Shown here: positions 35,405-44,368 of the stretch, piece after piece
Layout of the letters: every line of letters begins with the position of its first letter
How positions within the stretch are numbered: position 1 is the stretch's first letter
NCBI GenBank assembly: GCA_045807325.1
Contig: JBJMHP010000348.1
Coordinates: 1 to 56,404, forward strand
Direction of reading: 5' to 3'
DNA length: 56,404 nucleotides
Source: Actinomycetes bacterium
GTDB taxonomy: Bacteria > Actinomycetota > CALGFH01
The notes under the pieces: generated by a model
The model's input: the letters and a program-made list of their open reading frames with translations, nothing else
Database searches by the model: none
What the model was told of the DNA's origin: nothing
Made by a program: the position numbers and the translations under genes

Positions 35405-36290
35405 GAGGGGTCAACCCGGCTCCTGCCAGCAGGCCGCGGGCGAAGTCGACCTGGTCACCGGTGGCGTCGACCAGGGGCGGGCGCAGCGGCCCGGCGGGCA
35501 GGCCGAGCAGGTTCATGCACGCCTTGAGCAGGATCGGGCTGGAGGTGGCGAACAGGCCCTCGAACAGGTCCAGGTGGCGCAGGTGCAGGTCGCGGGCGGC
35601 GGCGGTGTCGCAGCGCTCGAAGGCCCGCACCAGCTCCTGGATGGCCGGTCCGACCAGGTGGGAGGCCACGCTGACCACGCCGACCCCGCCGACGGCGAGC
35701 AGCGGCAGGAGGTTCTTGTCGTCGCCCGAGTACTGCTGCATCTGGCCGCCGGTCTCGCGGTACAGGCGGCTGGCCGCGGCCATGTCGCCGACCGCGTCCT
35801 TGACCGCGACGACGTTGTCCAGCCGCTCGAACAGCCGGACCATCGTCGGCACCTCGATCGTGCAGGCGGTCCGGCCGGGGATGTTGTAGAGCATGCAGGG
35901 CAGGCCGGTGGAGGAGGCGATGGCCGAGAAGTGGGCGATCAGGCCGGACTGGGGCGGCTTGCTGTAGTAGGGCGTGACCAGCAGCAGCGACCCCACCCCG
36001 GCCTTCTCGGCCAGCTGGGTGAGCTCGACCGACTCGGCGGTGGAGTAGGTCGAGGTGCCGGCCATGACCCGGTCGCCGCCGGCGACCTCCACGACCGCGC
36101 CCCACAGGCGGAGCTTCTCGTCGGCGGTCAGCGTGGGCGACTCGCCGGTGGTGCCGGCCACGACCAGGGTGTCGGTGCCGTTGTCGAGCAGGTGGCGGGC
36201 CAGGCGCTGGGCGCCGGGGACGTCCAGGTTGCCGTCTGGGCTGAACGGGGTGGCCATGGCGGTGAGCACACGGCCGAAGCGACCTGGCAT
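35397..36290 (-). CDS. dapA: 4-hydroxy-tetrahydrodipicolinate synthase
   Basis: FGRVLTAMATPFSPDGNLD..LVVAGTTGESPTL..YYSKPPQSGL..LYNIPGRT. Confidence 0.93.
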   Translation of the reverse strand: MPGRFGRVLTAMATPFSPDGNLDVPGAQRLARHLLDNGTDTLVVAGTTGESPTLTADEKLRLWGAVVEVAGGDRVMAGTSTYSTAESVELTQLAEKAGVGSLLLVTPYYSKPPQSGLIAHFSAIASSTGLPCMLYNIPGRTACTIEVPTMVRLFERLDNVVAVKDAVGDMAAASRLYRETGGQMQQYSGDDKNLLPLLAVGGVGVVSVASHLVGPAIQELVRAFERCDTAAARDLHLRHLDLFEGLFATSSPILLKACMNLLGLPAGPLRPPLVDATGDQVDFARGLLAGAGLTPRD

Positions 36291-36437
36291 GGCGGGTCCT
36301 CCGTGCGACGGGTACGCGGCACGACGGCCGGCAGCCCCACCCCGCCGGCAGCCACCACGGATTCTACTCGGGCATCCACACCGAACCGGGGATCTTCCCG
36401 CCGCCGGACCGGCTGCGCGGAGTCGTTAGCGGGTCGT

Positions 36438-36443
36438 TACCCT
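36438..36443 (+). promoter_or_regulatory. Candidate -10 (TACCCT) for the orphan WXG-like gene
   Basis: cgtTACCCTcca, about 70 nt upstream of ATG 36517. It is the same hexamer as the rny candidate -10. Confidence 0.25.
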
Positions 36444-36516
36444 CCATTTGCTTTCGTTTGGCTCCGTAAGCTACCGTCTACGCCAGCTTACGCATGCTGG
36501 CAAAGAGGTGAGGCGG

Positions 36517-36819
36517 ATGCCCGAGCTATTGGTGATCCCGAGCGAGCTGGAGCGGGCCGCCGGCCGCCTCCAGGCCAGCGCCGACCAGGTCCGCTCGGTG
36601 GTCGGGACCCTGCTGCCGACGGTCGGCGGCGTCGGCGCCGCCCTCGGCGACGCCGCCCTGGCCGACCGGTTCCAGACCCTGTGGAGCCGCTGGGCCAGCG
36701 AGCTCGGCGTCCTCGCCGACGACCTCACCGGCGCCGCCGGCCGCCTCCAGGCCGCCGCCGCCGAGTACCGGACCACCGACCGTTCCGCCGTTCCCCCCAC
36801 CGACGTCCATGCGCGGTAG
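36517..36819 (+). CDS. Orphan WXG100/EspC-like small helical protein (100 aa)
   Basis: MPELLVIPSELERAAGRLQASADQVRSVVGTLLP..DRFQTLWSRWASELGVLADDLTGAAGRLQAAAAEYRTTD. AAAGAGGTGAGG lies upstream of ATG 36517. The length and heptad-like pattern fit T7SS substrate or partner families. Confidence 0.5.
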   Translation: MPELLVIPSELERAAGRLQASADQVRSVVGTLLPTVGGVGAALGDAALADRFQTLWSRWASELGVLADDLTGAAGRLQAAAAEYRTTDRSAVPPTDVHAR

Positions 36820-36833
36820 CGCGGACGCGACAC

Positions 36834-36853
36834 GGTAGCTGCACAGGCCCCCC
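36834..36853 (+). repeat. Collapsed or partial copy of the dispersed repeat
   Basis: GGTAGC-TGCACAGgcccccc. The two conserved ends of the repeat are joined without the variable spacer, about 80 bp upstream of full copy B. Confidence 0.35.
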
Positions 36854-36919
36854 GACCCGGGCCCGGACCCCCGACCGGGCCCGGGCCCCCCCTGTCCGCT
36901 CCCCCTCCCCACCGCGGCT

Positions 36920-36982
36920 GGGCCCCCGGTTCGGGAGGGTAGCGAGCCGCGGTGGCCCGGTCTCGTCACTGTCCACAGCCCC
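36920..36982 (+). repeat. Dispersed DnaA-box-containing repeat, copy B
   Basis: gggcccccggttcGGGAGGGTAGCGagccgcggtggcccggtctcgtcaCTGTCCACAGcccc. It is intergenic, about 75 nt upstream of the alkA-like ATG. Confidence 0.75.
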
Positions 36983-37055
36983 GTCGGGCCGTTCCCTCTG
37001 CGCCTGTGGGCCGAGCCTCTCGTGCTTGTCGGTTGGGCGTGCCAAGATCCGGGCG

Positions 37056-37970
37056 ATGACCGCCGCGCAGCATCCGATCGAGACCGTCGTCCGGCCGCGC
37101 CTGCCGATGGACCTCCGGCTGACGCTGGCCCCGCTCCGGCGTGGGCGCAGCGACCCGACCATCATGGTCGACCGGACGGGTGCCTGGTGGCGGGCGACCA
37201 GGACGCCGCAGGGACCGGCCACGGCCCGCTACCGCGCCGAGGGCGACGGGATCCGGGTCGAGGCCTGGGGGCCGGGGGCCGAGTGGTGCCTGGAGGCGGC
37301 GCCCGAGCTCCTGGGGGCGCGCGACTCCCTCGAGGGGTTCTCCCCCACCGGCCTGGTCGGCGAGCTGCACCGCCACTTCCCCGGCCTGCGCATCTCCCGC
37401 TCCCAGGCGGTGTTCGAGGCGCTGCTCCCCTCGATCCTCGAGCAGAAGGTCACCGGCCGCGAGGCCCACACCGCCTTCGCGGCGATCGTGCGGGCCTGGG
37501 GCGAACCGGCCCCGGGGCCGGTCCCGCTGCGGCTGCAGCCGTCCCCGGAGGCCCTGGCCCTCACCCCCTACTGGGCCTTCCACCCGCTCGGGGTGGAGCG
37601 CAAGCGCACCGCCGCCATCCAGATGGCGGCCAGCCGAGCCCGCCGGGTCGAGGAGACGGCGGCCATGACCCTGCCCGACGCCCACCGCCGACTCCAGGCC
37701 CTCCCCGGGGTCGGGCCCTGGACCTCGGCCGAGGTCGCGATCGTGGCCCTCGGCGACGCCGACGCCGTCTCGGTGGGCGACTTCCACCTCCCCCACCTCG
37801 TCAGCTACGCCCTCGCCGGCGAGCCCCGGGGCACCGACGAGCGCATGCTCGAGCTCCTCGCCCCCTGGCCCGGCCACCGCGGCCGGGTCCTGCGCCTCCT
37901 CACCCGCTCCGGCCGCTACCCCGCCCGCCGCGGCCCCCGCATGGCCGTCCGCGCGTTCACGCGAATCTGA
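37056..37970 (+). CDS. DNA-3-methyladenine glycosylase 2 family protein (AlkA-like, HhH-GPD)
   Basis: ..FEALLPSILEQKVTGREAHTAFAAIVRAWG..LQALPGVGPWTSAEVAIVALGDADAVSVGDFHLPH.. I chose ATG 37056 inside a long composite track ORF. Confidence 0.8.
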   Translation: MTAAQHPIETVVRPRLPMDLRLTLAPLRRGRSDPTIMVDRTGAWWRATRTPQGPATARYRAEGDGIRVEAWGPGAEWCLEAAPELLGARDSLEGFSPTGLVGELHRHFPGLRISRSQAVFEALLPSILEQKVTGREAHTAFAAIVRAWGEPAPGPVPLRLQPSPEALALTPYWAFHPLGVERKRTAAIQMAASRARRVEETAAMTLPDAHRRLQALPGVGPWTSAEVAIVALGDADAVSVGDFHLPHLVSYALAGEPRGTDERMLELLAPWPGHRGRVLRLLTRSGRYPARRGPRMAVRAFTRI

Positions 37971-38002
37971 ATCGGGAACCCGGATCCGACCGGGAGCACG
38001 GC

Positions 38003-38333
38003 TTACATCCCGTGGAGGAACCGCAGGCTCTCCTCGACGGAACGCAGCACGGCCGCGGGCCCATGGCCGAAGGGATGTTGGCCGAGTCGCCCGGTCGTCA
38101 GGGAGCGGATCTGTTCGCACATGACGAAGCCGATGTCGCGCAGCCTCCGTCCGGTGGGCGAACCTCGACAGGGGATGCCCCGCCTGCGGAGGGAACCGCG
38201 ACCACCAGATCCGCTGGACCTTGATTGATCGGGTCCGCCGAGACGATGAGGACCGGTCGTTCACCAGGTTGCTCGCGCCCCGGGTCGGCCCGAGCTCGGC
38301 GAGCCAGACCTCGCCACGGCGAACGGCCCTCAC
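38003..38333 (-). pseudogene. MazF/PemK-family toxin pseudogene (two frameshifts)
   Basis: Homology is spread over three frames: MRAVRRGEVWLAELGPTRGA | EQPGERPVLIVSADPINQGPADLVVAVPSAGGASPVEV | LRDIGFVMCEQIRSLTTGRLGQHPFGHGPAAVLRSVEESLRFLHGM*. Upstream only an 11-codon antitoxin tail (MAQAADGLDDW, 38330-38365) remains, overlapping by GTGA. Confidence 0.7.
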
Positions 38334-38389
38334 CAGTCATCGAGCCCGTCGGCGGCCTGCGCCATGGCGGAATTCGTCTACAGCGCCGT

Positions 38390-39187
38390 CTACATCGTTG
38401 TGACGCGACCCGGTTGGCAGGTGGGGCACCAGTAGGTGACCCGTTCGCCGTCGTAGCTGGGCTGGTCGGCCTTGCGGATGGGGGTGCCGCAGCGGCGGCA
38501 GGGCCTGCCGGTGCGGCCGGCGACCCAGTGGGTGCGGCCGGGGCGGGTGTCGCCGGTGGTGATCTGGCTGCCGGTGGTGCGGTTGGCCTCCATCAGGCGC
38601 TTGAGGAGGTCGACCATGGCGGGCAGGTCCTCGACCTTGCCGACCGGGGTCCAGGGGTCGACGCCGGACAGGAAGCAGACCTCGGACTTGTAGATGTTGC
38701 CGGGGCCGGCGATGGCCCGCTGGTCGAGCAGGGCGGTGCCAATGGCCCGGTCGGGGTCGGCACGCAGGCGCCGGACGGCCTCGGCCGGGTCCCAGTCGGG
38801 GCCGAGCACGTCCGGGCCGAGATGGCCGAGGACCTCCTGCTCGCTCGCGGTGGGCAGCAGCTCGCAGATGCCCAGCCGGAACCCGACCGCGACCCAGGGC
38901 TCGGTGCGGAGCACGGCCCGGACCTGGAAGTCGGGGCCGCGCCAGCGTTCCCGGGGCCGGTACAGGTGCCAGGCGCCCTCCATCTTGAAGTGGGTGTGCA
39001 GGGTGGTGCCGGCGTCGGTGCGCAGCAGCAGGTGCTTGCCGCGGGCGGTCACCTCGCGGACGACCTGGCCGCTGAGGTCGGCGGTGGCGAACCGGGGGAC
39101 GCGGAAGTCGGTGGCGACCAGCCGCTGGCCGGCCAGGGCGGTGTGCATGCGGGTGGCGGCCAGCAGGACCGTGTCCCCCTCGGGCAC
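38390..39187 (-). CDS. nei: Fpg/Nei family DNA glycosylase (endonuclease VIII-like)
   Basis: The MPEGDTV N-terminus carries the catalytic Pro2/Glu3. H2TH region. C-terminal zinc finger CRRCGTPI..YWCPTCQ. It lies immediately downstream of lhr, as in mycobacteria. Confidence 0.88.
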   Translation of the reverse strand: MPEGDTVLLAATRMHTALAGQRLVATDFRVPRFATADLSGQVVREVTARGKHLLLRTDAGTTLHTHFKMEGAWHLYRPRERWRGPDFQVRAVLRTEPWVAVGFRLGICELLPTASEQEVLGHLGPDVLGPDWDPAEAVRRLRADPDRAIGTALLDQRAIAGPGNIYKSEVCFLSGVDPWTPVGKVEDLPAMVDLLKRLMEANRTTGSQITTGDTRPGRTHWVAGRTGRPCRRCGTPIRKADQPSYDGERVTYWCPTCQPGRVTTM

Positions 39188-39196
39188 CGGGGCCGC

Positions 39197-42100
39197 CTAG
39201 CCGCGCAGCCGGAGGCCCCGGGCGGTGGGCCGGAACCCGGCCTCAGTGAGCGCCCGGGCCAGGGGGCTGTCGAACACCGTCCCGCCATCGGCCTTCTCGA
39301 CCGCCAGCCGGCCCAGGGCGCCGTCGCGCACGGCCAGGGCGAGGGCGTCGGCCGCCCTGGCCAGCCGGTCGGGGTCGTCGGTGAAGGTGAGCAGGGTCCG
39401 GCCGCCGCGCTCCACGTACAGGACCAGCCCGCCGTCGACCAGGATCACCACCGCCCCGGCCTTCCGCCCCGGCCGGTGGCCAGGGCGCTCCCCGGTGCTC
39501 CCGGGGGCGGGGCGCTCCGGCCAGGCCAGGGCGGCCCCGTACGGGTTCGCCGGGTCGGCCGCGGCCAGCACCTGGGTCTGAGGGGAGGACGGCGGGTCGG
39601 TCAGGGCCCGCAGGCGGTCGACGGCCCCCGGGACGGCGAACTGGGCCCCGCCCAGCCCGTCGACGAAGTACCCGCGCCGGCAACGGCCGGAGTCCTCCAT
39701 CGCCTTCAGCACCGGGTACACGCCGGCGAACCCGCCCGGGATCCGCTCGGCCACCACCGTCCCCCTGGTCAGGATCCCGTGCCGGTCCAGCAGCTGCTCG
39801 GCCACCGCGTGCAGCCGCCGGGTCGGGTCCACCTCCGCGGGCCGGGAGGCGGGGCTGTGGACAACCGAGGCCCCGGCCTCCCCCACCGGGCTACCCTCCC
39901 GAACCGGGGGTCCCGGCACGGCAGGGCGAGGCTCGGGTGTGCCCGGTGTTGGGCGCCCCGACGCGGCGTCCTCGGGCTCCCGCGCGAGCGCGGGACCCAC
40001 GGACGCGGGGCCCACGGACCCCCCCGATCCCACGGACGCAGGGCCCACGGACCCCACGGCGGCCGGGGTGAGGCTCCAGCGCCCGGCGGCCGCCGCCGGG
40101 GCGGCGCGGGTTGGCCGGGCCGGGGCGCGGCGGCCGTAGCGGCGGGTGGGGGCTCGGCGGCGGGCGGCGGGGCGGGACCCGCCGCTGACCAGGGCCCGGA
40201 GGGGGGCCAGGGTGTCGTTGGTGACCTGGCCGGCCCAGACCAGCTCCCAGATGGCCAGCAGCAGCTCGCTGTCGTTGTCCGCGGCGACGGCGTCCGAGAG
40301 CTGGCGGAAGAACATCGCCCCCCGTCCGGCCAGGGCGTCGCGGACCCGGACGGCCAGCGGGGACAGCTCGACCGGCAGCGGCTCCGGCAGCAGGAGCGGA
40401 GCACCCTCGGCCAGGTACAGGCCCACCCAGCCGTCGTCGGAGCCGAGCGCCCCGGCCCCGGCCCAGACGACCTCGCCGGAGGCGCACAGCTCGTCCAGCA
40501 GGCCCGGGTGGTAGCCGGGGAGGCGGGCGGCCAGGATCTGGCGCTCCAGGGCCGAGGCGGGCACGGCCGCCCCCTGGAGCTGCTCGACCACCCGGAACAG
40601 GGCGTCGGCGTCGGCCGAGCGGGGCCCGGTCGGCCCGATCCCCTGCCAGGCGCCGAGGAAGCGGGCCATCGCCTCCTGGGGGACGGGCTCGACCTCGCGG
40701 CGCAGGGCGGCCAGGGAGCGGCGCCGCAGCCGGCGCAGCACCTCGGCGTCCAGCCACTCCCGGCCCGACCCGCCCGGACGGAACTCACCCTCCACGACCC
40801 GCCCGGCCGCCTCCAGCCGGGCCAGGGTCTGGTCCACCACGGCCACGCCCAGCCCGAGCCGGCGGGCCGGGTCGGCCGAGACGAACGGCCCGTGGGTGCG
40901 GGCGTAGCGGGCCAGCAGGTCGCCGACCGGGTCGGCCACCGGCTCCAGGAACGCCTGGGGGACCCCGACCGGCGGGGCCGCCCCGAGCCCGTCGCGCAGC
41001 CGGGCCACGTCCTCGATGGCCACCCAGCGCTCCTGGCCGCCGACTCGCAACCGCACCGCCCGCCGCGAGCCCTCCAGCTCGGCCAGCCAGCCAGGAGCGG
41101 CGTCGGGGGCGACACTGCGGGCGGCCACCTCCTGCACGGTCAGGTCGCCGAGCAGCCGCAGGGCGTCGTGCAGCCCGTCGGGGTCCCGGACCTTGCGGTC
41201 GGGGGTGAGCAGCTGCAGCTCCAGCTCCAGGTCGGCCAGGGCGGCCTGGTCGATCAGGTCGCGCAGCTCCTCACGGCCCAGCAGCTCGGCCAGGACGGAC
41301 CGGTCCAGCGACAGGGCCTGGGCCCGCCGCTCGGCCAGGGGGGTGTCGCCCTCGTACATGAAGGCGGCCACGTACCCGAACTGCAGCGAGCTGGCGAACG
41401 GCGACGGGAACGGGGTGTCGACCTCGACCACCCGGACCTCCCGGCTGGCCACACTGGCCATCAGGTCCTTGAGCCCGGGCAGGTCGAACACGTCCTGGAG
41501 GCACTCGCGCATCGTCTCCAGCACCACCGGGAACGACCCGTACTTGGAGGCCACCTGGAGCAGCCCGGCGCTGCGCTGGCGCTGCTGCCACAGGGGCGTG
41601 CGCCGGTCGGGGCGGCGCCGGGGCAGCAGCAGGGCCCGGGCCGCGCACTCCCGGAAGCGGCTGGCGAACAGGGCCGACGAGCCGACCTCGCCCACCACCA
41701 GGTCCTCGATCTCGTCGGGGTCGAACAGGATCGACTCGGCCGCCGGGGCCTCGTCGACCTCGGGGAGGCGCACCACCACCCCGTCGTCGGTGTACATGGT
41801 CTGGACCTCGAGGCCGAGGCGCTCCCGGACCCTGGCCTCGATGGCCTGGGACCAGGGGGCGTGGACCTGGGCGCCGAAGGGCGAGTGGACACAGACCCGC
41901 CAGTCGCCGAGCTCGTCGCGGAACCGCTCGACCACGATGGTGCGGTCGTCGGGCAGGACCCCGGTCGCCTCGCGCTGCTCGTCCAGGTAGGCGGCCAGGT
42001 TCCGGGCGGCGAAGTCGTCCAGCCCGGCCGCGGTCAGCCGCTCGGCGCGGGCGTCGGCGTCCAGGCCCGCCTGCTCGCGCAGGAACCCGCCGAGGGCGCG

Positions 42101-43876
42101 GCCCAGCTCGACCGGGCGCCCGAGCATGTCGCCGTGCCAGAACGGCAGCTTGCCCGGCTGGCCGGGGGCCGGCGAGACCAGCACCCGGTCGTGGGTGATG
42201 TCCTCGATCCGCCAGCTGGAGGCGCCCAGGGTGAACACCTCGCCGACCCGGGACTCGTAGACCATCTCCTCGTCCAGCTCGCCGACCCGGGTGGCCCGCT
42301 CGCCAACCAGGTAGACGCCGAACAGCCCCCGGTCGGGGATGGTGCCGCCGGAGGTGACGGCCAGGCGCTGGGCGCCCGGCCGGCCGACCAGCCGGCCCTC
42401 GACCCGGTCCCAGTTGAGCCGGGGCCGCAGCTCGGCGAACTCGTCGGATGGGTAGCGGCCCGACAGCATGTCCAGGACGCTGTCGAGGGCGCTGCGGGGC
42501 AGCTCGGCGAAGGGGGCGGCCCGGCGGACCAGGGCCTCGAGGTCGTCGATGGTCCAGTCGTCCATGGCCACCATGGCCACGACCTGCTGGGCGAGCACGT
42601 CCAGGGGGTTGCGGGGGTAGCGCATGGCCTCGATCGCCCCGGCCCGCATGCGCTCGACCACGACCGCGCTCTCGACCAGGTCGCCGCGGAACTTGGGGAA
42701 GACGATGCCCCGGCTGACCGCGCCCACCTGGTGGCCGGCCCGGCCGATGCGCTGGAGGCCGGACGCGACCGAGCTGGGCGCCTCCACCTGGATGACCAGG
42801 TCGACGGCGCCCATGTCGATGCCCAGCTCCAGCGAGCTGGTGGCGACCACCGCGGGCAGCCGGCCGGCCTTGAGGTCCTCCTCGATCTCGGTGCGCTGCT
42901 CGCGGCTGACCGAGCCGTGGTGGGCTCGGGCCAGCTCCTCACCGGCCAGCTCGTTGAGGTTGGCGCAGAGCCGCTCGGCCAGGCGGCGGGAGTTGGCGAA
43001 CACGATCGTGGAGCGGTGGGCCCGGATCAGCTCGACCAGCCGCTCGTCGATGTGGGGCCAGATCGAGGATCGCTCGGGCAGGCCGGCGGCGGATCCGCTG
43101 GCCGGGTCGTCCGAGACCTCGCCGATGGCCGCCATGTCCTCGACCGGGACGACCACCGACAGGTCGAAGGCCTTCTCGCTCGGCGGGGCCACCACCGTGA
43201 CCGGGCGGGGGCCGCCGAGGAACCGGGCCACCTCGTCCAGGGGCCGCACGGTGGCCGACAGGCCGATGCGGCGGGCCGGCCGCTCCAGCAGCTCGTCCAG
43301 GCGCTCCAGGCTGAGGGCCAGGTGCGCCCCCCGCTTGGTCGCCACGACCGAGTGGACCTCGTCGACGATCACCGTGTCGACGTGGGCCAGGGCCTCGCGG
43401 GCCCTGGAGGTGAGCAGCAGGAACAGCGACTCGGGGGTGGTGATGAGGATGTCGGGCGGGTGGGTCGGGAAGCGGCGGCGGGCATCGGCCGGGGTGTCGC
43501 CGGTGCGCATCCCGGTGGTGATGTCGGGCAGGTGCAGGTCGAGGCGGGCCGCGGCCGCCCGCAGCCCGGCCAGGGGGGTCCGGAGGTTGCGCTCGATGTC
43601 GGCGGCCAGGGCCTTGAGCGGGGAGACGTACAGGACCCGCAGGCGCTCGCGCTCGGGCACCGGCGGGGCGGTGGCCAGCCGGTCGATGGCCGACAGGAAC
43701 GCGGCCAGCGTCTTGCCCGACCCGGTGGGGGCGACCACCAGCACGTCCTGCTCGGAGGCGAGGGCGTCCCAGGCGCCGACCTGGGCCTGGGTGGGGGCGG
43801 CGAAGGCACCCTCGAACCAGTCCCTGGTGAGAATGGAGAACCGCCCGAGCCCGCCGGGCGAAGGTGTCGTTGCCAT
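39197..43876 (-). CDS. lhr: ATP-dependent helicase Lhr (large helicase-related), full length with an expanded internal linker
   Basis: WFEGAFAAPTQAQVGAWDALASEQDVLVVAPTGSGKTLAAF..DEVH..SATV..HHGSVSREQR. The C-terminal domain shows ..DPTRRLHAVAEQLLDRHGILTRG.. Confidence 0.92.
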   Translation of the reverse strand: MATTPSPGGLGRFSILTRDWFEGAFAAPTQAQVGAWDALASEQDVLVVAPTGSGKTLAAFLSAIDRLATAPPVPERERLRVLYVSPLKALAADIERNLRTPLAGLRAAAARLDLHLPDITTGMRTGDTPADARRRFPTHPPDILITTPESLFLLLTSRAREALAHVDTVIVDEVHSVVATKRGAHLALSLERLDELLERPARRIGLSATVRPLDEVARFLGGPRPVTVVAPPSEKAFDLSVVVPVEDMAAIGEVSDDPASGSAAGLPERSSIWPHIDERLVELIRAHRSTIVFANSRRLAERLCANLNELAGEELARAHHGSVSREQRTEIEEDLKAGRLPAVVATSSLELGIDMGAVDLVIQVEAPSSVASGLQRIGRAGHQVGAVSRGIVFPKFRGDLVESAVVVERMRAGAIEAMRYPRNPLDVLAQQVVAMVAMDDWTIDDLEALVRRAAPFAELPRSALDSVLDMLSGRYPSDEFAELRPRLNWDRVEGRLVGRPGAQRLAVTSGGTIPDRGLFGVYLVGERATRVGELDEEMVYESRVGEVFTLGASSWRIEDITHDRVLVSPAPGQPGKLPFWHGDMLGRPVELGRALGGFLREQAGLDADARAERLTAAGLDDFAARNLAAYLDEQREATGVLPDDRTIVVERFRDELGDWRVCVHSPFGAQVHAPWSQAIEARVRERLGLEVQTMYTDDGVVVRLPEVDEAPAAESILFDPDEIEDLVVGEVGSSALFASRFRECAARALLLPRRRPDRRTPLWQQRQRSAGLLQVASKYGSFPVVLETMRECLQDVFDLPGLKDLMASVASREVRVVEVDTPFPSPFASSLQFGYVAAFMYEGDTPLAERRAQALSLDRSVLAELLGREELRDLIDQAALADLELELQLLTPDRKVRDPDGLHDALRLLGDLTVQEVAARSVAPDAAPGWLAELEGSRRAVRLRVGGQERWVAIEDVARLRDGLGAAPPVGVPQAFLEPVADPVGDLLARYARTHGPFVSADPARRLGLGVAVVDQTLARLEAAGRVVEGEFRPGGSGREWLDAEVLRRLRRRSLAALRREVEPVPQEAMARFLGAWQGIGPTGPRSADADALFRVVEQLQGAAVPASALERQILAARLPGYHPGLLDELCASGEVVWAGAGALGSDDGWVGLYLAEGAPLLLPEPLPVELSPLAVRVRDALAGRGAMFFRQLSDAVAADNDSELLLAIWELVWAGQVTNDTLAPLRALVSGGSRPAARRRAPTRRYGRRAPARPTRAAPAAAAGRWSLTPAAVGSVGPASVGSGGSVGPASVGPALAREPEDAASGRPTPGTPEPRPAVPGPPVREGSPVGEAGASVVHSPASRPAEVDPTRRLHAVAEQLLDRHGILTRGTVVAERIPGGFAGVYPVLKAMEDSGRCRRGYFVDGLGGAQFAVPGAVDRLRALTDPPSSPQTQVLAAADPANPYGAALAWPERPAPGSTGERPGHRPGRKAGAVVILVDGGLVLYVERGGRTLLTFTDDPDRLARAADALALAVRDGALGRLAVEKADGGTVFDSPLARALTEAGFRPTARGLRLRG
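39851..39913 (-). repeat. Dispersed DnaA-box-containing repeat, copy D (in-frame inside lhr)
   Basis: The minus strand reads gggacccccggttcGGGAGGGTAGCCcggtgggggaggccggggcctcGGTTGTCCACAGcccc. It is translated as ..GPPVREGSPVGEAGASVVHSP.. within the Lhr linker. Confidence 0.75.
39990..40062 (-). repeat. Short tandem repeat in the lhr linker (encodes SVGPASVG-type repeats)
   Basis: Four tandem copies of (g/c)cccacggac(g/c). Protein: AAVGSVGPASVGSGGSVGPASVGPA. Confidence 0.6.
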
Positions 43877-43885
43877 CCCTCCATG

Positions 43886-44242
43886 CTAGGCCTGAGGCCC
43901 GACAGCGTGGGCCGGCGGGGGTTCAGGCGGTGCCGTCGGGCCCGGGGCGAGCAGCCGGCGGGCCGCCGCCCCGGCCAGGGCACCCAGGAGGGCCGGGATC
44001 AGGGCGATGAGCGCCCCGACGTTGCCGTGCACCACGATGCCCAGGACCGGGATCCACAGCCCCACGGCCAGCGCCCACAGCCAGGCGCGCGACGGGCGGG
44101 TCGCGCCGAAGCCGGCCGCGGCCGCGAACACCGCCGCGGCCGACACCCCGGTGTCGTCCCAGCCCGGGCTGAGGTCGACCAGGGCGACGGCCAGCCCGAG
44201 GGCGAGGGCACCCAGCAGCAACAGCCAGTCGGAGGTCTTCAT
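43886..44242 (-). CDS. Small integral membrane protein (about 4 TM), unknown function
   Basis: MKTSDWLLLLGALALGLAVALVDL..AAVFAAAAGFG..WLWALAVGLWIPVLGIVV..GALIALIPALLGALAGA. It ends 9 nt before the lhr start. Confidence 0.55.
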   Translation of the reverse strand: MKTSDWLLLLGALALGLAVALVDLSPGWDDTGVSAAAVFAAAAGFGATRPSRAWLWALAVGLWIPVLGIVVHGNVGALIALIPALLGALAGAAARRLLAPGPTAPPEPPPAHAVGPQA

Positions 44243-44368
44243 CGGTGCTTGATATGCGCTGATGGGGGCCACGAATGCAAGCCAGAGAGGTTGAGCCAGT
44301 CCAGCAGGGGCGTGGGCCGGCCGGCGCTCCGGCGGCCTTGATGTCGGCGGTGGTCAGGATGCTGGCAC

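Noticed and set aside
39990-40062. Possible CRISPR-like or other array signal from short tandem repeats
   Set aside because: The units are only ~12-16 bp, contiguous with no spacers, and lie in-frame within lhr. This is coding microsatellite-like slippage and not a CRISPR array. I found no CRISPR array anywhere in the window.
38225-44341. 2038-aa plus-strand ORF antisense to nei and lhr
   Set aside because: Same shadow-frame signature: G/A/R/P/D-rich with no motifs. The opposite strand encodes full-length Lhr and Nei with clear catalytic motifs.
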